Of a DNA stretch of 64,000 nucleotides, positions 10,383 to 19,935 are shown in pieces. The stretch's first letter is position 1. Every line of letters starts with the position of its first letter. Source of the DNA: an uncultured Arcobacter sp. GTDB lineage: Bacteria > Campylobacterota > Campylobacteria > Campylobacterales > Arcobacteraceae. The translations under genes were made by a program, and so were the position numbers. The notes beneath the pieces were generated by a model, which was not told where the DNA came from, ran no database searches, and was given only the letters and a program-made list of their open reading frames with translations. Where the stretch lies: positions 32,001-96,000 of the forward strand of contig OZ223301.1 of assembly GCA_965140705.1 (NCBI GenBank), given 5' to 3'.

Positions 10383-10445
10383 TTTTTTATTAATTTAAAT
10401 TTTTTTAGATATAATATTTTAAATTGAATTGATAAAGGAGAAGCT

Positions 10446-10763
10446 ATGGAAATTGGTAGATTACCTGAAATCGACGCTGCAAAAGCTAATCATGAAATTA
10501 AGATTCAGAAAGTACAAGAAGTTGATGAGAAAGACAAAATTGTTCCTGATGAAAAATATAAAAATGCAAAAGTAAATGAGCAAAGTGATAAACTAAACGA
10601 AGTTGTTTTGGATAATGTAAAGTTTGGCTACAATAAAGATACAAAAGACTTCTTTGTAAAAGTTACAAGGGGTAATGCTGAATTTAAATATCCAACAGAA
10701 GATATGATGAAAGTAAAAGCTCATTTACATGAGTTAGTAGATAATTTAAATAAAAATAATTAA
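10446..10763 (+). CDS. flaG: FlaG-family flagellar protein
   Basis: 105 aa; VKFGYNKDTKDFFVKV...KYPTEDMMKV resembles the FlaG core; TATAAT at 10410 and AAGGAG RBS. Confidence 0.7.
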   Translation: MEIGRLPEIDAAKANHEIKIQKVQEVDEKDKIVPDEKYKNAKVNEQSDKLNEVVLDNVKFGYNKDTKDFFVKVTRGNAEFKYPTEDMMKVKAHLHELVDNLNKNN

Positions 10764-10776
10764 TTAAGGTTTAGCT

Positions 10777-11661
10777 TTGGCATCAGATTTATCAAATATT
10801 TTAAGGGATGAACTATCTAATACTTTAGAACAGTTACTCTCTCAACCGACCAAATGTGAAAATGTTGAAAAAGCTGACTTTTCTAAAGTTGATTCTTCTC
10901 AATGTGTTGAAATTGATGTTAAGTTTGAATTTAAAAATATTTCATCGACTTGGAATTTTTTTATTCCAACTTCTAGTGCAGCAAGATTTGAATACTTAAT
11001 GCTTGGTGGAACAGGAGATTTAAAAGAACATATTGATGATGAAGTAACAGATGCAATAAATGAGATAGTCTCTAATATATGCGGAAGTATTTCAACATCG
11101 GTAAATGCTCAAGGCTTTCCTGATATTTCTGGACTCAAGCATGAAATTCTTGGTTCAAAAATTATTGAATGTAATGGGAAAGAGAATGATGATAATACCT
11201 ATTCATTTAAATTAAATTTGGATAATAAAACGTCTGAAATAATTATCACTTTTGATGATGTTATGCTTCCTTTTCTTTCTGAAATAACAGGAAATGAAGC
11301 AAGTACTGTTACAACTGGGAATAGTGCATCTTCTGAAAATTTCTCATCTTTACAAACTTCTACTGGAATTGATTCTTTATTGTCTGATGAATCCTCAAAA
11401 AATCTTAAACTTCTTTTTGATATAAAGTTAAAGCTAAGTGTTCGACTTGGAACGAAACTATTTTTATTAAAAGATATCTTGAAGTGGGATATTGGTGAAA
11501 TTATAGAATTAGAACAAATGGTAAATGAACCTTTAGATATTTTAGTGAATGGAATTAAAATAGGAGAAGGTGAAGCAGTTATTGTTGAAGGAAAATTTGG
11601 TTTAAAAATTAAGAGTATTGGAAATGACTCATCACGGTTAAGTCAATTAGGGTTAGGATAA
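10777..11661 (+). CDS. fliY: Flagellar motor switch protein FliY (CheC-like plus FliN domain)
   Basis: DAINEIVSNICGS CheC-like motif; C-terminal SpoA domain (LFDIKLKLSVRLG...EPLDILVNG..IGEGEAVIVEGKFGLKI). Confidence 0.85.
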   Translation: MASDLSNILRDELSNTLEQLLSQPTKCENVEKADFSKVDSSQCVEIDVKFEFKNISSTWNFFIPTSSAARFEYLMLGGTGDLKEHIDDEVTDAINEIVSNICGSISTSVNAQGFPDISGLKHEILGSKIIECNGKENDDNTYSFKLNLDNKTSEIIITFDDVMLPFLSEITGNEASTVTTGNSASSENFSSLQTSTGIDSLLSDESSKNLKLLFDIKLKLSVRLGTKLFLLKDILKWDIGEIIELEQMVNEPLDILVNGIKIGEGEAVIVEGKFGLKIKSIGNDSSRLSQLGLG

Positions 11662-11664
11662 AAT

Positions 11665-12420
11665 ATGGATAAGAGTACAGTCGGAGGATTAGCTGCTGGT
11701 TGGGGGCTGATTTGTCTTGCAATTATTTTAGGTGGAGTTGGGTTCGGTCCATACATTGATATACCTTCAGTTGCTATTGTATTTGGGGGAACCATTGCTG
11801 TAACTGCAGGTCAATTTCAGCCAAGTGAACTAAAAAGAGTTGGTGCTGGGTTTAAAATTGCAATAAATGAGTCAAAAGTTGAGCCTCTTCCTGAGTTAAT
11901 AGAAAAGATTATTTTTTATGCAACTGAGGTAAAAAAACATGGTGTTATGCAAATAGAACAAAAAGTCTTAACAGAACCAAATGCTTTTTTTAAAGAGGCC
12001 TTTCAATTATTGGTAGATGGTACAAAGCCTGATGTATTGGTACCTTTGTTAGAGTTAAAATTAGAGCATATGGATAAAAGACATAGTTCTTTAATAAGTG
12101 TTTTTTCAAGTATTGGTGGTACAGCTGGTTCTATGGGAATGATTGGAACACTTATTGGACTTGTTGCTATGCTTGCAAATCTTTCTGATCCGGCTGCTGT
12201 TGGTCCTGCAATGGCTGTTGCTTTGATTACAACACTGTATGGTGCATTAATAGGTACTTTAATAGCTGGATTAGTTGAAACAAAATTAGATCAAAAGCAT
12301 AAAAGTGAAGTGACAGCATGTGAAGTAATAATAACTGGGACTTCAATGATTTCAGCAGAAGAGTCTATAGGTAATATTAAAATGAAACTAAATGCAATAT
12401 TAGTTGATTCTCCTCAATGA
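11665..12420 (+). CDS. motA: Flagellar stator protein MotA
   Basis: IDIPSVAIVFGGT, GMIGTLIGLVAML, GPAMAVALITTLYG. Confidence 0.96.
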   Translation: MDKSTVGGLAAGWGLICLAIILGGVGFGPYIDIPSVAIVFGGTIAVTAGQFQPSELKRVGAGFKIAINESKVEPLPELIEKIIFYATEVKKHGVMQIEQKVLTEPNAFFKEAFQLLVDGTKPDVLVPLLELKLEHMDKRHSSLISVFSSIGGTAGSMGMIGTLIGLVAMLANLSDPAAVGPAMAVALITTLYGALIGTLIAGLVETKLDQKHKSEVTACEVIITGTSMISAEESIGNIKMKLNAILVDSPQ

Positions 12421-12432
12421 TAGAGTATAAAA

Positions 12433-13203
12433 ATGGCTGATAAAAAATGTCCTGAATGTCCAAAATGTTTACCAGGTTGGTTAGTACAATTTGGTGACCT
12501 AATGTCATTATTACTTACTTTCTTTATTCTTTTATTATCTATGGCAGTAATGGATAAAAAGAAAGTAGAAGAGTATTTTGATATAATGAGAAAAGCAATG
12601 GGCTTTTTGGATCAAACGCAAGATACTGTAAAAAGGGATGAGTCAACTAATACATCAAAAGATGCTTCAAATGATGCAGATAGTACAGCACAAGATACAG
12701 CTTCTGCTGCAGATGAGATGAACCAGATTGCTCAAGAAGTTAATGAGCAAGTTTCAAATCAAAGTGAGCAAGTACAAATTACTGAGGGGAATAATGAATT
12801 TACTTTAGATATTCCTTCTTCAATTATGTTTAATGAAGGAGAATATAACTTATCAAATAAGTCAGCAAAAAATTTTATTTCTAAAATTGCAAGAGTAATT
12901 AGAACTATGCCTCAAACATTTGATATAGAGATCATAGGATATACTGATAGAAGTAATTTTAAAAGTGATACTATACCAAGGGATGGCTGGGATCTTTCTG
13001 CATTAAGAGCTATTTCAGTAGTAAAAGAATTAATTAAAAATCGTATAGATCCTGCACAATTGAAGGTTTCTGCATATAGCTCATATAGACCAAAAAGTGA
13101 AAATGCAGTAGAAAATAGAAGAGTTGAAATAAGATTTGTTTCTGCAACAGAGCAGAAAAATATATTAGAAAAAGAAAATTTCTTTGATAGGTTAGAACAA
13201 TGA
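12433..13203 (+). CDS. motB: Flagellar stator protein MotB
   Basis: WLVQFGDLMSLLLTFFILL TM segment with the conserved Asp; OmpA-like domain (GYTD, WDLSALRA, NRRVEI). Confidence 0.96.
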   Translation: MADKKCPECPKCLPGWLVQFGDLMSLLLTFFILLLSMAVMDKKKVEEYFDIMRKAMGFLDQTQDTVKRDESTNTSKDASNDADSTAQDTASAADEMNQIAQEVNEQVSNQSEQVQITEGNNEFTLDIPSSIMFNEGEYNLSNKSAKNFISKIARVIRTMPQTFDIEIIGYTDRSNFKSDTIPRDGWDLSALRAISVVKELIKNRIDPAQLKVSAYSSYRPKSENAVENRRVEIRFVSATEQKNILEKENFFDRLEQ

Positions 13204-13493
13204 TGGATTTAACAAACAATGTTGATGTATCAACATTAAACCAAAAAAAATTTGATAATGTAAATACTAAAAATTTAAATGACAAAAAATTAAAAGAAGT
13301 ATGTGATAATTTTGAGTCATTTTTCTTAAAAGAAATTATGGACGTTTCTCTAAAGTCTTCTCCAATAGCAGGTGAAGGAGCAGGATCTGACATAATTAAA
13401 GGAATGTACACTGATGCAATTTCAAATGATGTTGCAGGTGGAATGGGTATTAGTGAGATGTTGTATGAATTTTTGAGTAAAAAAAATAGTTAA
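13200..13493 (+). CDS. flgJ: Single-domain rod-binding protein (FlgJ N-terminal-like)
   Basis: KLKEVCDNFESFFLKEIM...GMYTDAISNDVAGGMGISEMLYEFL matches the rod-binding domain pattern. Confidence 0.75.
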   Translation: MMDLTNNVDVSTLNQKKFDNVNTKNLNDKKLKEVCDNFESFFLKEIMDVSLKSSPIAGEGAGSDIIKGMYTDAISNDVAGGMGISEMLYEFLSKKNS

Positions 13494-13505
13494 ATAGGCA
13501 ATAAC

Positions 13506-13883
13506 ATGATTAAAAATATTACAGATGAAATGAGTTCTTTAGTTATAAAAATGAAAGATTTAATAAATAGTGATATTGAAGATATAAAAGCTGCACATCA
13601 TGAAAAACTTTTGGATAGAAATGATGATAAACAAAAGTATATGGATAGAATAATTGAGTTAAGAAAAAACTTAAATGATGAGTTAGTGCTTAAAATGCAA
13701 GATGGTGTTGATATCAATGCTTATAGAGATGATGTTGATGCTTTAGAACAAGAGTTAAATGAATTACATGTTTTAAATGCAAAACTAGCTTCTATTGTTC
13801 TTCCTATTCAACAAATGTATAAAGATATAGTTGAGGAATTAACAAGTCATAGTGGGGGAAATATAGTTGAAATTAAAGTTTAG
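13506..13883 (+). CDS. Helical protein, possible FlgN-like export chaperone
   Basis: 125-aa all-helical coiled coil following the flgJ-like gene; function inferred from context. Confidence 0.5.
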   Translation: MIKNITDEMSSLVIKMKDLINSDIEDIKAAHHEKLLDRNDDKQKYMDRIIELRKNLNDELVLKMQDGVDINAYRDDVDALEQELNELHVLNAKLASIVLPIQQMYKDIVEELTSHSGGNIVEIKV

Positions 13884-14268
13884 TATATTTAGTATATTTT
13901 TTCTTTTTGTGCTAAAACTTTTTTCATATGAAGTTATTATTGCAAAAATTGATATTCCTTTTAGAACTGCATTAACTCCATCTAATGTGGCTATTTTGCA
14001 AATAGAAAAACTACCTGATAATTGTAAGCCTATTAGTTTAAAAGAATTAAAAGAAAAAAAGTATTTTACAAGTAAATATTTGCAAAAAGATAAAATTATT
14101 TGTCATAGCGATTTGAAAAAAGAAGAACCCAAAAGAATTATATTTAATTTTGGATCAATACAAATTGAGACACCAGGTAAAATAATTTATGAAAATGATG
14201 AATATATAAAAATAAGAAAAGAGAATGGAAAAGTAGAAAAAATATATAAAGATGGAAGAGATAAATGA
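13867..14268 (+). CDS. Exported protein with SAF-like motif (possible reduced FlgA)
   Basis: Signal peptide; VIIAKIDIPFRTALTPSNV and TSKYLQKDKIICHSDL resemble SAF-domain strands. Confidence 0.45.
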   Translation: MKLKFSIFSIFFLFVLKLFSYEVIIAKIDIPFRTALTPSNVAILQIEKLPDNCKPISLKELKEKKYFTSKYLQKDKIICHSDLKKEEPKRIIFNFGSIQIETPGKIIYENDEYIKIRKENGKVEKIYKDGRDK

Positions 14269-15425
14269 ATATGCTATCATTTTTGGGTGAAACACCAACC
14301 AAGGCTTTAAGGAAAGCACAAGATGAGTGTGGAGAAGATGCAATAGTAATTTCGACAAAAAAAATCTCAGATCCAAATAGTAAAAAAAGTATGTATGAAG
14401 TTGTTGTTGCATTAGAAGAAGATTATGAAACAAATAAAAGTAAAAAACCAACATCCTTTACAAAAAAAATTGTGACATCTAATAGTAATTTAAAGGATAA
14501 GGATTTTTCTGCAAAAGTGTATGATTTTAAAGAAGAAATTCTTAAAATGCAAGATGCAATTGAACAAGTTCAAAAATCGATTTGGGACCCTAAGTCTCAA
14601 CTTTATGATTTAACTATACCTCCTGAGTTTGTGGATATTTATAATCTTTTTGAATCAAATGAATTTGATCAAGAAATGACTTATACTATAATGAAAAAGA
14701 CAATTAAACAATTGCCTGTAGGAATGAAATCTAATCCCCACAAAATTAATGATTTTTTTAAATTAATTCTTCGTCGTATAATTCCAATAAAAAATGAAGT
14801 TCCTCTTAGAAAACATCAAAGAAAAATAATGATGATGGTAGGACCAACAGGAGTTGGTAAAACAACTACAATAGCAAAATTAGCAGCTCGTTATGCATAT
14901 AAATTAGGGGAGAATTATAAAGTAGGTGTTGTAACATTAGATTCATTTAGAGTTGGAGCAATTGAGCAATTACAAGCTTATACAAACATAATGAGACTAC
15001 CTTTAGAAATTGTTAAGAAGCCAGAAGATTTAGTGGAATCATTATTAAGATTAAAAGATTGTAATTATATTTTTATAGATACAGCAGGTTCTAGTCAATA
15101 TGATATAGATAAAATAGAATTAATAAATGAATTTCAAAAAAAAGTAGATGAACTTCCAATAGAGAAAGTATTAGTTTTGCCTGCAAATGTTAAGCAGAGC
15201 GATTTAATGGATATTTACACAAATTATTCAAGATTAAATATTGATTACTTAACTTTTACAAAGCTTGATGAAACTAAAAGCTTTGGAAATTTAATCTCTT
15301 TTGCACATAAAACAAAAAAGTCTATTACTTATATGTCAATTGGGCAAAATGTTCCTGATGATTTAGTTGTTTCTAATTCATCATTTTTAATTGATTGTTT
15401 TATGAATCATGCATGTGTTAAGTAA
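14265..15425 (+). CDS. flhF: SRP-family GTPase FlhF
   Basis: GPTGVGKTTTIAKLAA, DSFRVGAIEQL, DTAG, TKLDET, GQNVPDDL. Confidence 0.97.
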   Translation: MNMLSFLGETPTKALRKAQDECGEDAIVISTKKISDPNSKKSMYEVVVALEEDYETNKSKKPTSFTKKIVTSNSNLKDKDFSAKVYDFKEEILKMQDAIEQVQKSIWDPKSQLYDLTIPPEFVDIYNLFESNEFDQEMTYTIMKKTIKQLPVGMKSNPHKINDFFKLILRRIIPIKNEVPLRKHQRKIMMMVGPTGVGKTTTIAKLAARYAYKLGENYKVGVVTLDSFRVGAIEQLQAYTNIMRLPLEIVKKPEDLVESLLRLKDCNYIFIDTAGSSQYDIDKIELINEFQKKVDELPIEKVLVLPANVKQSDLMDIYTNYSRLNIDYLTFTKLDETKSFGNLISFAHKTKKSITYMSIGQNVPDDLVVSNSSFLIDCFMNHACVK

Positions 15426-15434
15426 GGAAAAAAG

Positions 15435-16259
15435 TTGATTAATACCATTTCTACACAAGCAAATAAATTAATAAATCTTACAAAAAGAAAGCAAAAAATC
15501 ACTCCTTCAAATACTAAATTATTAACAATAACTTCTGGAAAAGGAGGTGTTGGAAAGTCGACATTTACAGCTAATATTGCTTCCTTATTGGCAAAAAGAG
15601 GACTTAAAGTTGCAGTAATAGATGCAGATATTGGTTTAGCAAATATGCAAGTACTTTTTGATGTAAAGCCCACTTTAACACTGTTTGATTATATAGATGG
15701 GAAAGCTGATTTAGAAGAGGTATTTATACAAACAAAATATCCTAATATTACTCTAATTGCTGGTAAAAGTGGATATCAATACTCAAAGCATTCAAATAGT
15801 TTAGTATTAGCAAGAATTGTGCAAGATGTGATTGATATAGAAGTTTTTGATATTGTATTAATTGATACAGGAGCTGGATTAAATGATTATGTTAAAGAAT
15901 TTTTGTCAATTTCTAATAATATTTTAGCTTTAACTACAACAGATCCTAGTGCATTAACAGATGTGTATGCTTTAATGAAAATGCTCTCCAAAGATAAAAG
16001 TTCGCTTATGTTGTCTTTTAATCATACAAAAAACTACAAAATAGGAGAATCTATAACAAATTCATTGCAGAATCTAGCACTCAAAAATAGATTAAATCCT
16101 AATTTTATGATAGAATATATGGGTAATGTAAGCAGTTCTAAAAATATTTCCACAACTGGAAGATTGAGAAAATTATTTGTAAATGAGTTTGAAGATCAAC
16201 TAGTTACTAGAGAATTGGAGTTTATTGTTAGTTCATTGCTAAAAAAAATAAATAAATAG
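15435..16259 (+). CDS. flhG: MinD/ParA-family ATPase FlhG
   Basis: TSGKGGVGKST, DADIGLAN, DTGAG; follows flhF. Confidence 0.93.
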   Translation: MINTISTQANKLINLTKRKQKITPSNTKLLTITSGKGGVGKSTFTANIASLLAKRGLKVAVIDADIGLANMQVLFDVKPTLTLFDYIDGKADLEEVFIQTKYPNITLIAGKSGYQYSKHSNSLVLARIVQDVIDIEVFDIVLIDTGAGLNDYVKEFLSISNNILALTTTDPSALTDVYALMKMLSKDKSSLMLSFNHTKNYKIGESITNSLQNLALKNRLNPNFMIEYMGNVSSSKNISTTGRLRKLFVNEFEDQLVTRELEFIVSSLLKKINK

Positions 16260-16273
16260 AGTTTGGATAAAAA

Positions 16274-16600
16274 GTGATTATAGAAAGATTTTCAAAAACA
16301 GTTATTGCAAGTGGAATTTTACGATTTTATGTTGCAACTGGTTTCTTTGGTACATCTTTATTTTTTTTATTTAATGTAAACCTATTTACACCTATGGAAA
16401 TTGTGTTAGGTATTATTTTTGCCACAGTTTTTTTAAAAACTTTGTCAAATGTGATGTTATCTTTGCTGATACTATTATTTAATCTTGATAATAAAAAAGC
16501 AGAGTTAGATTTTAAATATCATACACAAAAAATTGACGAATTGTTGAGTGAGTTAACAACAACTGATTCAGATAGTAAAAATACTAGTGCAACAAACTAG
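16274..16600 (+). CDS. Hypothetical membrane protein
   Basis: Two or three hydrophobic segments; tightly packed in the operon. Confidence 0.65.
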   Translation: MIIERFSKTVIASGILRFYVATGFFGTSLFFLFNVNLFTPMEIVLGIIFATVFLKTLSNVMLSLLILLFNLDNKKAELDFKYHTQKIDELLSELTTTDSDSKNTSATN

Positions 16601-16611
16601 AGGAGAGTTAA

Positions 16612-16914
16612 ATGGATATTTCAGGAATTAATGGCATTTCTAATGTTTTTAATAAAGATACTGTTCAAAAAACAAATGAGACTGAAAATCAAGGTGAATC
16701 TTTTGCTTCTATGTTAAAGAAAGCAGTTAATGAAGTTAATGATACTCAAGTTGATGGTTATAAAGCAATGGAAAATATTGCAACTGGAAAAGTGGAAAAT
16801 TTGCAAGAAGCTGTTTCTAAAATTGAAGAAGCAGAAATGACTTTAAAACTTGCATTAGAAGTAAAAAATAAGGCAATGGCTGGATTTAAACAAGTCATGT
16901 CAATGCAAGTTTAG
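16612..16914 (+). CDS. fliE: Hook-basal body protein FliE
   Basis: SFASMLKKAVNEVN...ATGKVENLQEAV...LEVKNKAMAGFKQVMSMQV. Confidence 0.93.
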   Translation: MDISGINGISNVFNKDTVQKTNETENQGESFASMLKKAVNEVNDTQVDGYKAMENIATGKVENLQEAVSKIEEAEMTLKLALEVKNKAMAGFKQVMSMQV

Positions 16915-16928
16915 AACTAGGAGTTATT

Positions 16929-17390
16929 ATGGGCTTTTTTGATGGATATAATATAGCAAGTTCTGGAATGAGTGCACAAAGAACAAGAATTAATGTTGTA
17001 AGTGCAAATATTGCAAATGCTAAAACTACTCATTCAACAGATGGCGGTCCCTATAAAAAACAAAATGTTGTTTTTCAAGAGATGTTATTAAGTGAAAATG
17101 AAAAATTGAAAGCCAATGATAATCAAGATAAACAATCTACTCTTCCAAGTAAAAATTTAAGTGGAGTGGGTATAAAAGAGATAGTTGAATCAAAAGATAA
17201 ACCTATTATGAAGTTTGAACCAGATCATCCAGATGCAAATGCGGATGGTTATGTTGCATATCCAAATATTAATCCTGTTATTGAAATGGTTGATTTAATA
17301 GAGGCTATGAGATCTTATGAAGCCAATGTTTCAGCATTTACAACTACAAAAACAATTGATACGAAAACATTAGAATTATTAAGATCATAA
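16929..17390 (+). CDS. flgC: Basal-body rod protein FlgC
   Basis: SGMSAQRTRINVVSANIANA, GGPYKK, EPDHPDANADGYVAYPNIN, RSYEANV. Confidence 0.97.
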   Translation: MGFFDGYNIASSGMSAQRTRINVVSANIANAKTTHSTDGGPYKKQNVVFQEMLLSENEKLKANDNQDKQSTLPSKNLSGVGIKEIVESKDKPIMKFEPDHPDANADGYVAYPNINPVIEMVDLIEAMRSYEANVSAFTTTKTIDTKTLELLRS

Positions 17391-17409
17391 CTGCTTATAA
17401 GGATAAAGA

Positions 17410-19935
17410 ATGAGCAATGAATTAGAACTTTTCTCTACTTCCAAATCAACGGAAATAACAAATACTTCCAAAACTACACAAAATAATTCTCAAAAAAAAG
17501 AGGGTGAATCTCTATTTGATAAATTTCTTAGTAAAGCAAAAACTGATATTGAAAATTCTGAAAATGAAATAAAATCAAATATAAAAAGTGAAAAAGAAGT
17601 AAAAAAAGATACTAAAACAGAAAAAGCAGATAAAACTGATAATTTAAAGAGTGAAGTTAAAAGTGAAACAAAAACAGATTCAGCAAAAACTGATGGAAAA
17701 GTTACTTCATTGATGGATAGATTAATTCAAGAAACAAGATCAAATGTAAAAAGTGAAAAAGAAGTAAAAAAAGATACTAAAACAGAAAAAGCAGATAAAA
17801 CTGATAATTCAAAGAGTGAAGTTAAAAGTGAAACAAAAACAGATTCAGCAAAAACTGATGGAAAAGTTACTTCATTGATGGATAGATTAATTCAAGAAAC
17901 AAGATCAAATGTAAAAAGTGAAAAAGAAGTAAAAAAAGATACTAAAACAGAAAAAGCAGATAAAACTGATAATTCAAAGAGTGAAGTTAAAAGTGAAATA
18001 AAAACAGATTCAGCAAAAACTGATGGAAAAGTTACTTCATTGATGGATAGATTAATTCAAGAAACAAGATCAAATGTAAAAAGTGAAAAAGAAGTAAAAA
18101 AAGATACTAAAACAGAAAAAGCAGATAAAACTGATAATTCAAAGAGTGAAGTTAAAAGTGAAATAAAAACAGATTCAGCAAAAACTGATGAGAAAACTAC
18201 TGCTTTAAATAATACTTCACTTGAAGAGTTAAAATCAAATATAAAAAAAGATACTAAAACAGAAAAAGTAGAAAAAACTGATAATTTAAAAAGTCAAATA
18301 AAAATAGATACAGCAAAAATTGATGAAAAATCAACTTCTTTAAATAATGATTCACTTGAAAAGCTAAAAACAAAAGAAGTAAAAAAAGATATTAAAACTG
18401 ATAATTCAAATGTAGAAGTTAAAAATGAAGTAAAAATAACATCTTTAGTAAATAATTTAGTTCAAGAATCAGATACAAATGTTCTAGAAGTAAAAAAAGA
18501 GTCCAATACTCAAAAGAAAGATAAAGTAGATACTTCAAAAAGTGAAGCAAAAAATAATTTAAATATTGATGGTACTAAAAATGCTGAAATTAATCTAAAA
18601 ATAGATTCTAAGAGTGGAAATAAAGTAGATAATGGTAAAAAAAACATTCTAAGTGAATCAAATAATTTGTCAAACCAAAAAGTTGAAAAAGATACTTCAC
18701 TTCAAAAAGGTTCAAATGATACAATAGATACTAAAAGCCAAAAAGATTTAAATCAAAATAAACCATTACCAAGTGAAAATACTCACAAAGAAGTAGTAAA
18801 AAATAGTAGTAAAAACTCTAGTTCAACTTTAGAAAAAAGTAATTCAAAAGATTTAAATTTAGAAGTTAAGAATCCAAAAATTTCAAATGATTTGTCTAAG
18901 TTAAATGTAGAAACAAAAAATGGGAAAACTACTTTAACTAATGAAGAAATAATACCAACTAAAGAAAAAAACACAAAAAATGAATCTTTAATTGATAAGC
19001 TTCTAAGGGAAAATAATCCTAAAAAAGAGGCTCTTCCAAGTGAACAATTGATAAAACCTACTTTAAGCAATTCAAGTGAATTATCAAAATCAAAAAATGA
19101 TTTATTGACTAATATTTACATGAGTAGTCAAAAGAAATCTACAGATGTAAAAAAACTTGAAACAAAACATGAAGGTGTAGAAATTGCAAAAAAAGCAACT
19201 ACTACAAAAGAAGTTGAGCAAAGTGCAAAAGTATTGAATCTAGGTTTAGAAAAAGTTGAAGTAAAAATAGAAAAAAGTGTAGAGCCTCAAAGTGAAACTA
19301 AATTATCATCAACTTTTGAAAGATTGTCATTTATTAAAAACGGAACAAGTAATTCAAAGGAATCTAAAGATTCTAGTGAAGAGAAATTTAAAGATGACAA
19401 AGGAAGTTTTTTAATTCAAAGTAAAAAACTTGATGATAAATTATTAGATTCAAAGTTAGTTAATTTAACTGTTAGTTCAGCTGCTGCACAAACTATACAA
19501 AATAGAATTATTGGAGCAAGACAACATATGTCTACTATGATGTCAGATTTGGCAAGGGTGATGTATGAAAACTATAATCCACCAGTAACTGCATTTAGAG
19601 TGAATTTAAATCCTTCTGCTTTGGGACATATTGCTATTCTTATTAGGGGTGATGCAAAAAATAATTCTTTATCAATTAGTATGAAATCAAGTAATAATTC
19701 AACTAAAGAAAATTTAGAAGAAAACCAATCAATGCTAAAAGATAGTTTGTTTAGAAGTTTTGCAGGTGGAGCTACTTCTTTTGATTTAGATTTTGGTAGT
19801 TATGAAGGCAATGATACTCCTTCTGAAAATCTAAATATGAATCAAAATAAAGAATTTTCAAGTGAAACTATAAGTACAAATAACAAAATAGAAGAGGCTG
19901 AATCAAAAGATAGTAAAGATAAATATTACATGTAA
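17410..19935 (+). CDS. fliK: Hook-length control protein FliK (841 aa)
   Basis: Long K/S/E/T/N-rich low-complexity region; C-terminal T3S4-like FRVNLNPSALGHIAILI...LEENQSMLKDSL. Confidence 0.85.
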   Translation: MSNELELFSTSKSTEITNTSKTTQNNSQKKEGESLFDKFLSKAKTDIENSENEIKSNIKSEKEVKKDTKTEKADKTDNLKSEVKSETKTDSAKTDGKVTSLMDRLIQETRSNVKSEKEVKKDTKTEKADKTDNSKSEVKSETKTDSAKTDGKVTSLMDRLIQETRSNVKSEKEVKKDTKTEKADKTDNSKSEVKSEIKTDSAKTDGKVTSLMDRLIQETRSNVKSEKEVKKDTKTEKADKTDNSKSEVKSEIKTDSAKTDEKTTALNNTSLEELKSNIKKDTKTEKVEKTDNLKSQIKIDTAKIDEKSTSLNNDSLEKLKTKEVKKDIKTDNSNVEVKNEVKITSLVNNLVQESDTNVLEVKKESNTQKKDKVDTSKSEAKNNLNIDGTKNAEINLKIDSKSGNKVDNGKKNILSESNNLSNQKVEKDTSLQKGSNDTIDTKSQKDLNQNKPLPSENTHKEVVKNSSKNSSSTLEKSNSKDLNLEVKNPKISNDLSKLNVETKNGKTTLTNEEIIPTKEKNTKNESLIDKLLRENNPKKEALPSEQLIKPTLSNSSELSKSKNDLLTNIYMSSQKKSTDVKKLETKHEGVEIAKKATTTKEVEQSAKVLNLGLEKVEVKIEKSVEPQSETKLSSTFERLSFIKNGTSNSKESKDSSEEKFKDDKGSFLIQSKKLDDKLLDSKLVNLTVSSAAAQTIQNRIIGARQHMSTMMSDLARVMYENYNPPVTAFRVNLNPSALGHIAILIRGDAKNNSLSISMKSSNNSTKENLEENQSMLKDSLFRSFAGGATSFDLDFGSYEGNDTPSENLNMNQNKEFSSETISTNNKIEEAESKDSKDKYYM
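17574..18190 (+). repeat. In-frame 165-bp (55-aa) tandem repeat, about 3.7 near-identical copies, inside fliK
   Basis: AGTGAAAAAGAAGTAAAAAAAGATACT recurs at 17587, 17752, 17917 and 18082 (period 165); degenerate copies follow to about 18420. Confidence 0.95.

Noticed and set aside
12433..12475. CPECPKC motif at the MotB N-terminus as a novel metal site
   Set aside because: Cys-Pro-rich N-termini are common in MotB/PomB proteins of this and other lineages.
17574..18190. Regular repeats as a possible CRISPR array
   Set aside because: Units are contiguous 165-bp in-frame coding repeats with no unique spacers, and no cas genes are present.
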